Shown: positions 13,191 to 27,160, counted from the first letter of the stretch. The stretch: 64,000 nucleotides of DNA from Octopus sinensis (GCF_006345805.1 NC_043001.1:119226001-119290000), one strand, 5' to 3'. Numbers and translations are program-made. Notes: a model not told the origin generated them from the sequence alone.

Positions 13191-13681
13191 ATACATACAT
13201 ACATACGTACGTACGTACATAATACATACATACATACATACGTACGTACGTACATACATACGTACATACATACATACATACATACATGCATACATACATA
13301 CATACATACATGCATACATACATACATACATACATACATACATACATACATACATACATACATACATACATACGTACATACATACATACGTACGTACATA
13401 CATACATACGTACATACATACATACATACATACTGCATACATACATACATACATACATCATACATACATACATACATACATACATAACATACATACATAC
13501 ATATACATACATACATACATACATCATACATACATACATACGTACATACATACGTACATACATACATACATACATACATGCATACATACATACATACATA
13601 CATATACATACATACATACATACATACATACATACATACATACATACATACATACATGCATACATGCATACATACATACAT
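13191..13681 (+). repeat. (TACA)n array
   Basis: Directly visible; abuts the broken 5' end of the CR1-like fragment and precedes the RLE fragment. Confidence 0.95.
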
Positions 13682-13685
13682 AGCC

Positions 13686-14385
13686 ATTCATAATAAAAAG
13701 AAATACTGGTGGAATGTACCAGTGAGGACCTCAATAAACTGTAAGCACAACATACCTGATATAATGATTTGGGATAGAGAAAAGAAACTGTGCAGAGTTG
13801 TGGAAATTAGCTGCCCAGCGGATGTCAATATAAAGCTGAAGATCAGTGAAAAAGAGAATACCTATGCTGAACTATAGAGCAATCTGCAGTTACTCAATCA
13901 AGATTACAAGTTCAGGTTTATACCTGTAATTATTGGGGCCCTGGGGTGTGTAACACACTGCCTAAATAGCAATCTTGAGAAATTAGGGTTCTCAAAACCA
14001 GAAAGGAGAAAGCTGATTTGAAGACTACAGATCCAATCCATAACTGGAACTGTAAATATCTGTAAAGCTTTCCAGAAGTTTATCATTTAAATATTAATGA
14101 GCATGTCTAGATATGAAACTATATGCATGAGAATACATATATAAAACATACAAATCTGCACATACATACATACATACATACATACATACATACATACATA
14201 CATACATACATACATACATACATACATACATACATACGTACATACATACATACATACATACATACATACATACTAAAATACACTGTTGTTGATGTTGAAA
14301 TTCCAATGACGGAGCCTTGGATCTAGGTTAGAAACAGGTTCTTTCTCTATTAGTCAGAAATCTTGAAATAAACAGAATAATGAAA
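13686..14385 (+). mobile_element. 5'-truncated non-LTR retrotransposon with restriction-like endonuclease (RLE), embedded in (TACA)n
   Basis: Translation YWWNVPVRT..KHNIPDIMIWD..VVEISCPADVN..EKENTYAEL..IPVIIGALG shows the PD-(D/E) RLE layout with two in-frame stops and a terminal stop at 14088-14090. It is followed by short unique sequence, (TACA)n and the 115-bp module. Confidence 0.85.
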
Positions 14386-15734
14386 TACACACATACATAC
14401 ATACGCACACACATACATAGATACATATATACATACATACATTTATACATACATATATACACACATGCATACACACACATACAGGCATACATATTAAACA
14501 TACATATATACATACATATATTACACACACATGCATTTAAGATATGTATGTTTGCATGTATATATGTATATATGTCTGTATGCATGTAGCAAAGTCTGTG
14601 TATCTTATAAATGATTTTAGTAAATGACTTACCACTTTGAATATGTTGCGAATCGATTCGGAAAAGAAAATCTCGTTATTCCTTCAGAATCAATCAGTAT
14701 TAAGCTAACATAATTAGGTTATCAGAAATGATCTCTCAATTCAACCTCCGATTTTATATAGGTGCAACAACATTCTTGCTACTATACCACCCTTTAGATC
14801 TACTACAGCAGCACTATATTGCTTTCGCCGTCTATTTCCGTATCACCGCCATTACTATTCAACAAATGTAGGCACTTCGACAAGTCACTCGAACGGCTAG
14901 AGATAGGACACTTTATCTCCTACAAATCGTACTATTTTGTCTTTAAAATCGGAATGACATATTAAGTACTGTAGTGTTAGATAAATTAAATGGTAGAGTC
15001 ATGGCTGGAAGACTTCGGTAATAGGTCTACTTAATTGACATTGACTGCATGTAATTAGGTGAAAATGGAATTTTAAAGTTTCTAATTATTTTATAATTAA
15101 CTACTCAAAAATGATTATGATATTCATTATTACCATGAGAAACTACATCTGTGTATTTGTTGTAGTATATGTACGGGTTGTATCTACTTTTAGATGTGTC
15201 CTGAGAATCCAATATAGTTCTTCTGTTTCTTGTTTAGTGCTACACTGGCTCACCTTATCACTTCCGCATGAAGTCATGAGTTATAAAGTAGCAAGGTCTG
15301 GATGAAGTTACAGATTAGCTCTTAGGATGGCGCTGGATGAGTAAGGACTGGCTGACTTCTTGTTTGCAATCGTGTTGTGTAAATCTGTAAAGCATTGCTG
15401 TCCATGAAGCAATAGCTGATGTCTATACTGTTTCGGGTCGTGATCTTGTGAAATTTGTGACGAGGAAATACTTGTTCAGTGACAGCATGAGCATGCAATA
15501 TATTAATTGTTACATATTACAATATAGTGAGTTGAACCATATAATATTCAGGTGAGATATAATATTGGTTTCAAATTTTGGTATAAAGCCAGTAATCTCG
15601 ACTAGTATTTATTTTATCGACCCCGAAAGGCAAAATCCGCCTCGGTGGATTTTGAGCCCAGAACGTAAATACGAGTGTCCTCTTTCCCAAATGCACACAC
15701 ACAAATACACACACTCACACACATACGCGTGCAT

Positions 15735-15945
15735 TACTTGTTTCGGTCATTGGACTACGGCTATTTTGAGGCTCTGTTTTGAAGGGTTTAGTCCAACACA
15801 TCAACTCCAGCATTTACTTTTTTAGAGTCTAATACATAAGGTTCAGACCATTTTACAGAATCTCTAAAATATAGAGACATGAACAAAACGTTACCGGATG
15901 TCAAGCGGTGGTGGGGAGAAACAAAAACACAAAGTCGCACGCACA
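15735..15945 (-). mobile_element. Decayed SINE family 1 tail
   Basis: acttgtttcggtcattggactacggc and ccggatgtcaagcggtggtgggg match the reverse-complemented tail. Confidence 0.55.
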
Positions 15946-16081
15946 CACACACATTACATGTGTGTTAAACAGGCTTCCATGCATTTTAACAAAGGTATAT
16001 TCTTTTCACGATCATGCTTGCACCGACGTGCACGTACACAAATACACACATTCATGTACATTTACATACATACATACATAC

Positions 16082-16190
16082 AAAATTACCTTGTTGATGT
16101 CGAAAGTTCAATGAAGGAGTCTTGGATTTAGGTTAGAAACTGGCTCTTTCTCTATTAGTAAGTAGTCTTGAAATAAAACTGAATGATAAC
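16082..16190 (+). mobile_element. 115-bp TACA-associated module, copy 3
   Basis: Homologous to 2915-3028; preceded by tacatacatacatac. Confidence 0.75.
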
Positions 16191-16213
16191 ATACAGGCGT
16201 AAAGATATCCCCA

Positions 16214-16326
<113 letters not shown>

Positions 16327-16507
16327 ATATCAATATTAAATCTCTGAGCGAGAAGTAAAGAGTAGCAACACGGAATCGTGAAGTATACTTGCCACCTAAA
16401 TGTATGGGTCCACAAGGGAAGAGAGGGGGGGGGCAAGGAATATCAGTAAACCCGAAAATGAAGAGAAGAGAAGAGAAGGCGAAAAAAGTCCATTGATACT
16501 CTGGCTG

Positions 16508-16871
16508 TGTGGGCCGGGTGGAAATGCAGGTCTTCGTGCAAAATCCGCCTTACCGATCGATTACCGATGCCAAGTTCAGTGGAATGGCTCGGAGCAGAGC
16601 GATTCGGACTCAGTATCAAAGCTTGTCTGACGCATTCCACATTTTCCGTGGTCCGTTCCGTTCATGGCGCCCCCATCAGTCTCCTATTCAATAGTGTACT
16701 TCGTGTACGAAGTGCATTCACCCAACGTAAGATTGTGCTACGGGTGGGAACAGCCTGACTTCGGTGAATGTTGAAGCAGCGCCCAAACTCATGCTGAACT
16801 GCTGTGACAAACTTGTTATTCTTCACGTAACTGTCGCAGCCAAACGAGTGATGCTCTGTCGTCCACAGCAC
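16508..16871 (-). mobile_element. Tc1/mariner transposase N-terminal fragment
   Basis: Translations VPTRSTILRWV..GAP and VRQALILSPNRSA..LGIGNRSVRRILHEDLHFHP resemble the mariner paired-like HTH DNA-binding region; frameshifted. Confidence 0.8.
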
Positions 16872-17048
16872 AATGGCTTCACATAAAAAGAAAAAAAAAA
16901 GGAGCTAAGACACTACGGACCGAATGGTATATGTTGGTGTTGGACATATGTGTAATTCAAAAACTTCTGTCCTCTCTGCCCCACCCTGTACATACATACA
17001 TACATACATACATACATACATACATACATACATACATACATACATACA

Positions 17049-17084
<36 letters not shown>

Positions 17085-17254
17085 TTTAATGTAGGATAAA
17101 TTTTTTTTTCGAACTAACCCTGAAATCGGTCCGATATGGTAATAATGGAATTTTTTAGAAATTTCTGTCGGCTTTTTTTCGAGTAGCGTGCGTGTTGTGA
17201 TAAATCATATGGTAATGGATAATATGTCCAATTTTCGGCATATTTGGCATTATA

Positions 17255-17372
<118 letters not shown>

Positions 17373-18609
17373 CAATATATCAGGTAGCAATTTAATCAAT
17401 CTCAATCAGTATTACTCTCAGTATCACAATATTCCTTCTCCTTCCCATGATCCATCTCTCGCAGTCTTTCTTTACTCTCCATCCGTTGCCCCTCCGCTTT
17501 ATGCCTTCATTTCTCTCAACCCCACCTTTTTCTGTTCACCAATCACCGATTCTTTTTATCCTTTTAGGATTTTCTCTTTATTGTTTAAAATTAGGATCTG
17601 TTTTAGGAGTGTAGGCATATATGAGATATATGCATGCATTTATTGATGCTTAATTATATACGCCCATAGACATATATACATATATATATACATGTGCACA
17701 TATATTCAAACATACGTGCGTATATGAGTTTGTGGAGGAAGTTAATTTGTATTTCAGTTCCAGTCAAACATGAAATTAGATACACGCATGTAATTATGCA
17801 AACATTGCACGAAGTTAATAGTGCATTACATCAGGATGAGACTCTTATATATATATATATATAAGACTGTCTGTGTGAGTGTGTAATTATGTATGTAATT
17901 ATATATGTATGTATGTATGCATGTATCTATCTATCTATTATCTATGTATACATACATATATACATACCTGCGTGCGTATATGGGCGAGGTTTATTGCTCT
18001 CCTGTCGCTCAATCTCATCGTCCTATTCTATTAAAATGTTTTAATTCGAATTCAGAATAATTGTTTGTTTATGTGTCACGGTTTCAACTCAATTCGCGAA
18101 TAAAAGCCTTCTGTAATAAACAAACAATCGATATTCATATTTTTCCCACTCAAAAATTATATGGTTTATGTTGCATATTTCCTTGTGTACCTATACCGAA
18201 CAGACGTACGATCGATGGTATCCTTAATATTCAATTATATTTTACGGTGCTGTCATACTTTGGTCGCCTGGGTATATTACTGCAAGCAATAACTCTTTAC
18301 TCATTCGAGTGAAGAGTAAATGCTTGCGGAAATATGTCCGGGTGTAGATGTTTATCTGGAATTTCTGGAAAAAATTTGTCTGCAACCGTTTGAATGAGAT
18401 GGGATTTGTTCCCTTTTTATGTGCCTTGGCATGGGTGGAGGGTCAGATGAAGTGAAATGATATTGTCTTAGTACTGTGATGTGACGCGAGCCCAATTTTT
18501 TTGTACAAGACGAAGATTTGGATGAATTTTAAAGTTAATGCCATCTTCACCTGGGCAACGTTTTCCGCATCATACAGATGATATAGCGATCACGGCAATA
18601 CACAGAATA

Positions 18610-19300
18610 TCTATAATAATAAATGTCAAGTTTGTGTGTGTGGAATTGCTGCTTTGATTCCTCCGAGACTATCCAACAGACCTTGATGAAATTTGAAAGG
18701 TGTGTGGGGCTTATACCCATACGGTCATTCACGCATTAAATTTTTATTTTTAAATCGATTTTTAATCAGCATCGATTTTTCAGAAATCGTAAAATTTTGG
18801 CATTTTTCGCACTAACCATCGTTATTTCAATTTGACGAAAAATGTCGAAATTTTACGAAAAATGATTCATGCGTATAAACAGACAGCTTATTAACGGTAA
18901 TCTATTTAGCATTTACTAATTCTTCAATAAGAATTGGTTTGATTTGCTAAAATTTAGTATTTCAATTCGTTGTTTTAATTCCCCAGCGTTTCAGATTATA
19001 AAGAGGTAAGTGCATTTTATTTCTCAAACACAATTTAGGCATTTTGCGCACTAGCAGTCGTGATATCAATTTGAGGAAATTTCGCCATTTTACGCACATG
19101 CTCAAAAAGGACGACGACACGGGTTCGCTACCAGACTGCTCATTTTTTCGTCAAATTAGTCCTACCAATTAATATAGATTTAAAATTTTTGAAAAATGTC
19201 GAAATTTGACGAAAACAGTTTCATGGTTATAAACAAACTTCTTATAAACGGTAATTTATTTACTATTGTTTTGATTTGTTAAAACTTGTTATTTCAAGTT
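18610..19300 (+). mobile_element. Possible Helitron-like or other non-autonomous DNA element with internal direct repeats
   Basis: Starts a|tctataataataaatgtcaagtttgtgtgtgtg ... ttgatgaaatttg. About 100 bp at 18838-18960 repeats at 19193-19295, and 18793-18848 repeats at 19031-19085. The 3' end is not clearly defined. Confidence 0.4.
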
Positions 19301-20330
19301 GTATATATATATATGAGAGTAGTATAGAATTTATCTTTCTTTTAAAATGAAAACAATATGAGTTTTATTTTAATAATTCTGGGTTAGAACCCCTTCTTCA
19401 GATAATCTTCAAAGATATAGCTTGTATTGGTCCTTATAACGCGCAGTTTTCGCTTTAATATTATATTCCATGTGACACGCTTGAACAACTGTGACAGTCA
19501 ATTTACGCGAAACCATTGGTTACTTTGTTAACCCACAAATGATACACACACATACGCGCGCACGCTCCATACACGCCACACACACACATTAAAATGGTTA
19601 AGAAATTCGTTTCTCAGTTGCAATTGATAGTAGTTAAAATTGGGTCAGCGCAAAAAAAAAATTGTCGAATGGACCATACCAATGATTCTTAGTGCTGATC
19701 TTTCCACGGGTTCTTACATCCCTCTCTTTTATTCTATATCTCCCTTACTGTCTCTCTGTCATGCAGTTTCCCCACTGCCATTCTTTTTCTTTCTATCTCT
19801 TAGTAATTATTAAATCCGCTAGTTATTTCCACATCAAGTTCTCTTTGCATTTTGATTAGAAAAATTTAGCAAACAAATTAATGTTTGGCAAATAATCGAC
19901 AGAATTAGTAAAGGAACGATGAACGAATGCTGTTGGAAGAATCAATTGAGCGAGAATAAATATCTAAATATAATTAAGTTGAAATTTAAAACTAAAGTCT
20001 GAGTTTGAACAAAATAAACATTTCTATGTCCTGCGAGAATCATCTTTTTTATGTTTCGTAAATAAACTACAAAGTAATTTATTTGGAATTAGACTTTGTG
20101 ACGGAAAAAGGAAGTACTCAATACTGTTACGTAGAACTGAATAATATTTTTCAAGGGTGCTTCTGTTAGCGTTGCTAAGCGATGGAAACTTGGCTATGAA
20201 GGTATATACGTTTATAAGTGATCATAGGTTTACAGATTTAACACCGCTTAACAATAGCCAAAACTACAATTTTCCTTCACTTCAGCAATACTGCATCCAA
20301 CCATTCTCCAAATTATTGTTATTATTATTA

Positions 20331-20426
<96 letters not shown>

Positions 20427-20441
20427 TATTATTATTATATT

Positions 20442-21044
20442 CAGTAGTTTTATTTTTATAGCATGCTTTCACTTCACTACCGAGCGCAGCTCTGTGTGCC
20501 TTGGGTATGTGCTGTGATTTGTTGTGATGCTCTGATGGTTATTGTATTGAAAGTATTCTGCGTAGGATGCGTGCAGTGCCCAGTAGTGCAATTTTCTGTA
20601 TGTTATATGTGTTTTGTAAGTCCTGGTGTTTTTGTTATGTATTTGTCTGAATATTTTTTATCATACCTAATGCGCCTACTATGATAGGGATTGTTTGTGT
20701 TTTTAGATTCCACTTTCGAGTTACCTTTATTTCCAGGTCTTTGTATTTTGAAAGTTTCTCAATTTCTTTTAGAGACACGCTGTCATCTGCTGGTATTGAT
20801 ACATCAATTAGAAAGCATTTTTTTCTTCATAATCTCTGACAATTATATCTGGCCTGTTGGCCTTAATTTCTCTATCTGTGTGTATCGGCATATCCCAGAG
20901 TATAGTTGCTTTCTCGTTTTCTGTGACCGTTTCTTATGTGTGCTTATACCATCTTATTCCATAATGTTAGCATAGCTTCCTATGTATGTAGGACCCAACT
21001 CTGTCGTGTCTGTGAATATATTTCTTCTTAGCCAGGACTGGGCT
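20442..21044 (-). mobile_element. R4/Dong-like RLE retrotransposon 3' fragment A in (TTA)n
   Basis: Near-identical to fragment B; encodes RHDRVG, RPDI, KYKDLE and AHILRR remnants; short 3' UTR ends taaaaataaaactactg(AAT)n. Confidence 0.9.
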
Positions 21045-21067
21045 AAGAAATTATTATTATTATTATT

Positions 21068-21598
21068 GAGTGAGAGAGCAGTTCATGCCATCAAAGTGAT
21101 ACTGGGGTAAAATATACGAAGCCCAATATACCCATCATGACTACCCGTCTGATAAGGGCACACCAGGCACATGCATCACAACCATATGTGCGCGGCATGG
21201 TGATCTCATATCAAGATAAACTGTACATGACCTTGCAGGTGGGGCCCAGTTAGAATTTTCTTCAGGTTGAGTAGCCCATCCCGCTCAAACGGTCCCTGAA
21301 TAAGGGTTGTTTAAGGATGTTGAAAAACCCACCCATGTCTCCAGGGGTGAATTATTCAAACCCCAAAGAATCCCTCTCAACACATGGCTATGATGCTCCC
21401 CCACTACTTCTGCTCGTGATCAGAGATGCACATATCGTCAGCCACTAAGGGACATGCTCAACTGGTGAAGGTCAAACAACTGACAAGCAAATCTGTGGTA
21501 TTGAGCAGAATATTTGCTGTAGCCCATCTTTTATACCAAGACAGAACAAGGTACATGATAACACTTCCAATCAGTTAAGATCAGAAGCCATGAGAGCC
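21068..21598 (-). mobile_element. (AAT)n-flanked element, copy 2
   Basis: Reverse complement of the 47232 copy, lacking about 25 bp of its 5' end; (TTA)n on both sides. Confidence 0.9.
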
Positions 21599-21600
21599 TC

Positions 21601-21677
<77 letters not shown>

Positions 21678-21680
<3 letters not shown>

Positions 21681-22310
21681 TAGTTTTATTTTTATAGCGT
21701 GCTTTCACTTCACTACCGAGCGCAGCCCTGTGTGCCTTGGGTATGTGCTGTGATCTGTTGCGATGCTCTGATGGTTATTGTATGGAAAGTGTTCTGCGTA
21801 GGATGTGTGCAGTGCCTAGTAGTGCAATTTTCTGTATGTTATATGTGTTTGTAAGTCCTGGTGTTTTTGTTATGTATTTGTCTGAATATTTTCTTATCAT
21901 GCCTAATGCACCTACTATGATAGGAATTGTTTCTGTTTTCAGGTTCCACATTCTAGTTACCTCTATTTCCAGGTCTTTGTATTTTGAGAGTTTCTCCATT
22001 TCTTTTAGAGACACGTTGTCATCTGCCGGTATTGATACATCAATTAGAAAGCATTTTTTTCTTCATGATCTCTGACAACTATATCTGGTCTGTTGGCCTT
22101 AATTTCTCTATCTGTGTGTATCGGCATATCCCAGAGTATGGTTGCTTTCTCGTTTTCTGTGACCTTTTCTGGTGTGTGCCTATACCATCTTTTTTCTGTT
22201 GTTATTCCATAATGTTGGCATAGCTTCCAATGTATGTAGGTTCCAACTCTGTCATGTCTGTGAATATATTCCTTCTTAGCCAGGACTGGGCAGCTAGACA
22301 TAATATGATT
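21678..22310 (-). mobile_element. R4/Dong-like RLE retrotransposon 3' fragment B in (TTA)n
   Basis: ORF track 22044-22385 and 21775-22014: HIMSSCPVLAKKEYIHRHDRVG..ILWDMPIHTDREIKANRPDI and KLSKYKDLEIEV..GALG..GTAHILRR. Confidence 0.92.
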
Positions 22311-22335
22311 TATTATTATTATTATTATTATTATT

Positions 22336-23138
22336 CTATGTTTGACTTTTGCTTTATATTTGTACAAGTTGGCTCCAAGTCTCACCCAGAGACCTCAAGA
22401 GACAACAGGGTTGGAAGTTCATGTTGTTGTTATGCCTAGTGTGCCATATATTTGGGGGGCGGGGATGTTGTACTAATGAATGTCTAAAAAAAAAGTTTTT
22501 TTTTTTTTAAACCGAAAATTATGTTTGTTTTAAACCTTGAGATTACATAGAGAGTATTTTGCGTAGGATATGAGTAGTTCCCATGAGCACTATCTTTTGA
22601 ACTTCTGCCATTTTTGGGTTTCCTGGTATCTGAGTTAGGTAGCTATCAGCCCCTTTTGCTATCATTCCCAGGGCACCCATGACAACAGGTATTGTTTTAG
22701 TCTTCAGCTTCCACATATTGCTGATTTCTATTTCAAGATCTTTATATTTGCTCAGTTTTTGGTAGGTCTTGACAGCTACGTTTATATCGATTGGGACAGT
22801 CATATCAATGAGGAGGCATGTTCTTTGTTTGAAGTCTTTCAATATGATGTCTGGCCTATTTGCATCTATCTTCCTGTCAGTTTGAATGGTGAAGTTCCAG
22901 AGGAGTGAGATGTGGTCATTTTCAAGCACTGGGGGTGGTTTGTGTTCCCACCAGTTTTTTTCATGGGGCAAATGCAGGTTTTTACAGATTACCCAATGAA
23001 TATATTGTGCAGCTCTATCGTGCCTGTTGAGATACTCTGTAGGCGCTAGAAGACTGCACTTGGAGACCACATGGTCAATGGTTTCATTTTGTTGCTTGCA
23101 TACACGACACGTTGGACTGCATACACGACACGTTGGAC

Positions 23139-23139
<1 letters not shown>
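22336..23139 (-). mobile_element. R4/Dong-like RLE retrotransposon 3' fragment C (second subfamily, uninterrupted RLE frame)
   Basis: CRVC..ETIDHVVSKC zinc knuckle, RHD, RPDI, IDM.VP and KLSKYKDLE; ORF open to the stop at 22543; ~205-bp 3' UTR then (AAT)n; 21-bp tandem duplication at the 5' junction. Confidence 0.93.
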
Positions 23140-23182
<43 letters not shown>

Positions 23183-23196
23183 TTATTATTATTATT

Positions 23197-23238
<42 letters not shown>

Positions 23239-23249
23239 ATTATTATTAT

Positions 23250-25300
23250 AATGTTACTGCATGCAAATTTTGTTGGCAGGTATTTTATCTTGATGTTTGG
23301 TGACAACAGATCTCCTCAAATCTCAGGAATCTCCCTTAGGATTCTTGAAGAGTATACGATGATACTTTTCTGCAGATAAACAGTGGGAGTTCCAATCCCT
23401 TTTCGTCCTTTAGGTAGCATTTTGGGTTTTATGCTAAGTGCACAAATTACTACATGCATAATTATTGTCTTGGTCTTCCACAGGTCCCCCAGCTCTCAGG
23501 CTAGATCATGATATTTCTCATTTATTCTTTCAATTCCTTTGCTGTCGACTCTGCTATTATAGGGAATTGCAAAATCTATGATCTTACACTTTATTTCGTC
23601 CTCTCTGATCATATCTGGTCTTCTTGCTTCAACAGTATGGTCAGTCTTTATGAAGAAATCCCACAAGATCTTGTAATTCTCATTTTCTATCACAAACTCT
23701 GGTTCGTGTTCACACCACTTTTCTGTTGTTTGGAAGCCACGCACCGGCTAATATTCCGATTTACTTTTTTGTCTACACAGTCATATCCGCGTTTATACTC
23801 CTTTTGTGCTATTATACTGCACCCACTCAAAGGGTGATTGATACCTTTGTCTCCTTTCCTGCAGATTCTTCATTTTCTGTCTGAGTTGTCGATGTTTACT
23901 TTTCTCAGGTTTTTACGCAGGGCCTTTGCTCTTTGAATATTCCTACAGTTTCGATTACTTTTTGTGCATCTATAGCTGCCGAAATTATTCTTTCTTTACT
24001 CCGCACAGCGTAATTTTTCAGACCCAGTATAATAGTATCAAAAGTGTCTCCTGCCTTTAGGAATCCTCTGTAACCTTCTTTTCTTGGTAGGTAGAGTCAG
24101 CTACCATTGCTTTTAGAGTGGAGTGCGTAGTGCATTATGAATAGCTTTCTAGTACTTCCATGCAAGTTCTGTAGCTTAACACTTATCCATTTCAGAAAGG
24201 AACCGAATATCTCAGTACAGTTGTAGTAAATGTTTTGATGGCTTGAAAAGTACTCCACCATTTAATTATGTTTCGAGCACTTTCCTAATTCTTCTCTAAT
24301 GCTCTTTAGTGACTTTCTCTCACATCTTTCCTTCCATTGTGCTATCGTCTTGCAGTACTCCTAGATATTTGTACTCTCCTTATTCCACAGCGATCTCATG
24401 ATATTATCTTATGATAAATTTATGCTATCGATCTCTTTTCATAATTAGTACTGCACATTTATTTACCCAAACTGCATAGCGATATTTTTATTGAATACTC
24501 TCATTGTTGAATCTAAGAGTCTAAGTATGTCACATTTTTGCATACAGCTTAAAGTCATCCATATAAAGTAGGTGATTTATTCCCATCTTGTATTTGATAA
24601 ACTCATAGGAAGCCTGGATTGTCTTAGTATAATTGTCTGGCAGATTAGCGCAATTACGAAGAGTAATGAAGAGAGTGAGTCTCTCTGGAAAATGCTCCTG
24701 CATAGTTCACTTTGCCAAGCGATTCATTTGCACATGTCAGTTCTACTTCCCATACTCTCATTGCATTCTCCAAAAAGTTGCTGATCTTCTCCTTGACTCC
24801 AAACGTCCTAAGACACTTCAGGAGCCAGCTGAGTGAGACATTGTCGTAAAGCTTTCGACAATCTATCCATCCAACCTCTAAACTGATCTTCCTTACACGC
24901 AACTTGTTTAATATTCTAGTATCTATATATAGCAGATCTACGATTCCCCTTCATTACTTCCTACATCCTTTTTGTTCCTCTGGAAATAGATTCTCCTTCT
25001 TCAGAAAATTATACACTTCTTCTGCTATGAGACCGGTTAATAGGTCTATAATTGCTGACTTCCGCTCTCATTTGTTTGTCTTCTGTATCAGCACTGTCCT
25101 TCCTTTTGCCATCCATGTTGGGGGCTCCATTTTCTATGCAATCAGTAAAAAAATAGTCATACATAATTGTGTATACTTGGGGGAGATTCTTGAACTAGAA
25201 ACCATGTACACCATTTGCTCCGGGGGCTTTCCATTTGGGTAATTTCTTAAACATATCTTACTTTCTTATCCGTGATTATATTTTTTTGTGTCACTTCAAC
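23250..25300 (-). mobile_element. Decayed R4/Dong-like RT-RLE retrotransposon D (third subfamily)
   Basis: Minus-strand remnants KWKAPG, WID..K.YDNV..SWLLKCL, IFQRDSLS, YMDDFKLY and ARRPDMI..IIDFAIP, with many stops and frameshifts; ends in (AAT)n. Confidence 0.85.
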
Positions 25301-26059
25301 TTCCATTTGCAGTTCAAAGTGACTGATAACCATTTACGTCCATTAAACTTTCAATAAATAGTGGCTAGGATGTTAACATTTCACATTATCAAACCAGCAT
25401 CATATTTTGTTTAAATGCATTGATAAGCGAGCTATTACAGGGTATTCTCCAAATACAATCCAAAGGTCCTTCGAATAGAACCATACTGTCCTTAAATGAA
25501 AGGAAGCACAATCTGGCCTAAATATATTGAAACATGAGGCAGTTACGATTAGAATGCTTGCCATCATAGGTATACACATCAGGGCTAACTTGAAGCTAAG
25601 TAATAACATATATTGATGTATTATGCAGCTTTCTGAATATCTTCCACATTCTCGATTTACATAAGATTTTTACATTTCCCATTAAAGACTTTCTATGCGA
25701 TGTAAAAACAAAAGCAAAACACAAGAGAAAGCAACAACTCTTGAATTAATGGAAATTTTTTTGAATAACGAGATATTTATTGGAAATCAATTATATTTCT
25801 ATGAATAAATCAACAACAGCTTCTTCTATTTGTTGTGTGTAAAGGAGTAGAGAGGCGGCTGGAATTACTTCAAATCGTAGTCTTTGTGACGAGATGTACG
25901 TGACCTTATCAAGATTATGAAATATAAAATATAATAAAATAAAAAAATGAGGATTTGTGAACATTTACTGCGTAATAGATAATTTGGACCATGCTGTTGT
26001 TGCTATTTAGCCCCACATCAACTTGATTGAATAGATTCCATGATCAAAAGCATTCCAGC

Positions 26060-26061
<2 letters not shown>

Positions 26062-26119
<58 letters not shown>

Positions 26120-26120
26120 G

Positions 26121-26182
<62 letters not shown>
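26062..26182. repeat. (ATT)n microsatellite
   Basis: Directly visible. Confidence 0.95.
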
Positions 26183-26186
<4 letters not shown>

Positions 26187-26811
26187 TTTGTTCGTGACAG
26201 TCTATCTTGGAATGCATTATGTTATTTGCTCTTCCATTATTTTAAGACAGACGTGTGAAGATATCCGACTTGGTTGCTATGTCTAGAAAGTCGATGACAA
26301 CGTAGTTATTGTTCTTGTTGGCGCCAGTGTTCTTGTGATGGTCTCGACCAGGGTCAGTTCTAATCTACCTGGACCTATGATCAAATGCATTTCAATCACG
26401 ACTATTCCATCTTTTTTTGCAATTCTTGCATAACCCCGGATAGCATTCTCTCATGTACACTTTCCATTATTAAGACGATAAGGTGTAATATGAAACAGCT
26501 TTAACTGCTATTAATAGCAAACCTAGCGAGTAAGTGCAGTGTCCCTAATTAACTCTTACTTTCGTCGAAAATTCTCAGGTATGTGACTTCCTTTTCCAGT
26601 TGATAAGGCCAATAATGATATCTATATGAACCATAATTATATAATAAATCATGTAGTATAAATCGATATATCAAGATATATCAAATTTTACGTACTGTCA
26701 TTATAAGCGAGTATTATATTTTTTTTTGTGCTTCAATGAATTCTTGAACAACAAACACATTGTGTATGTATGGACACACACACACGCACATACGTATGCG
26801 CGCAAATATAA

Positions 26812-26851
<40 letters not shown>

Positions 26852-27123
26852 GAGACGGAAAATGGATTACACGGGAAACTTTATTGCTGACAATGATTAT
26901 TCAGACGACTTCCTATATCGATCCCTCGCAGGTTAGAAAATATACTAGTTGTGATGCATCTCTTGGTGCAGAATCATCTCGTCAGGTGTGTAAGAAGGAG
27001 TATCTCGTTACATGAACTCTATTTCGTTTCGACTTAATACAGCGTGCTTTTCGTAACCGTATGTATGTATGTATGTATGTATGTATGTATGTATGTATGT
27101 ATGTATGTATGTATGTATGTATG

Positions 27124-27160
<37 letters not shown>

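Noticed and set aside
19361-19405. Minus-strand CTGAAGA-AGGGG..ACCC-AGAAT hammerhead-like string
   Set aside because: GAAA is missing, the base of stem II is mismatched and no stem I or III can be drawn; at best a fully decayed relic.
22543-23070. Host protein-coding gene (175-aa open ORF)
   Set aside because: It is the zinc-knuckle/RLE end of a 5'-truncated retrotransposon with no RT and no native start.
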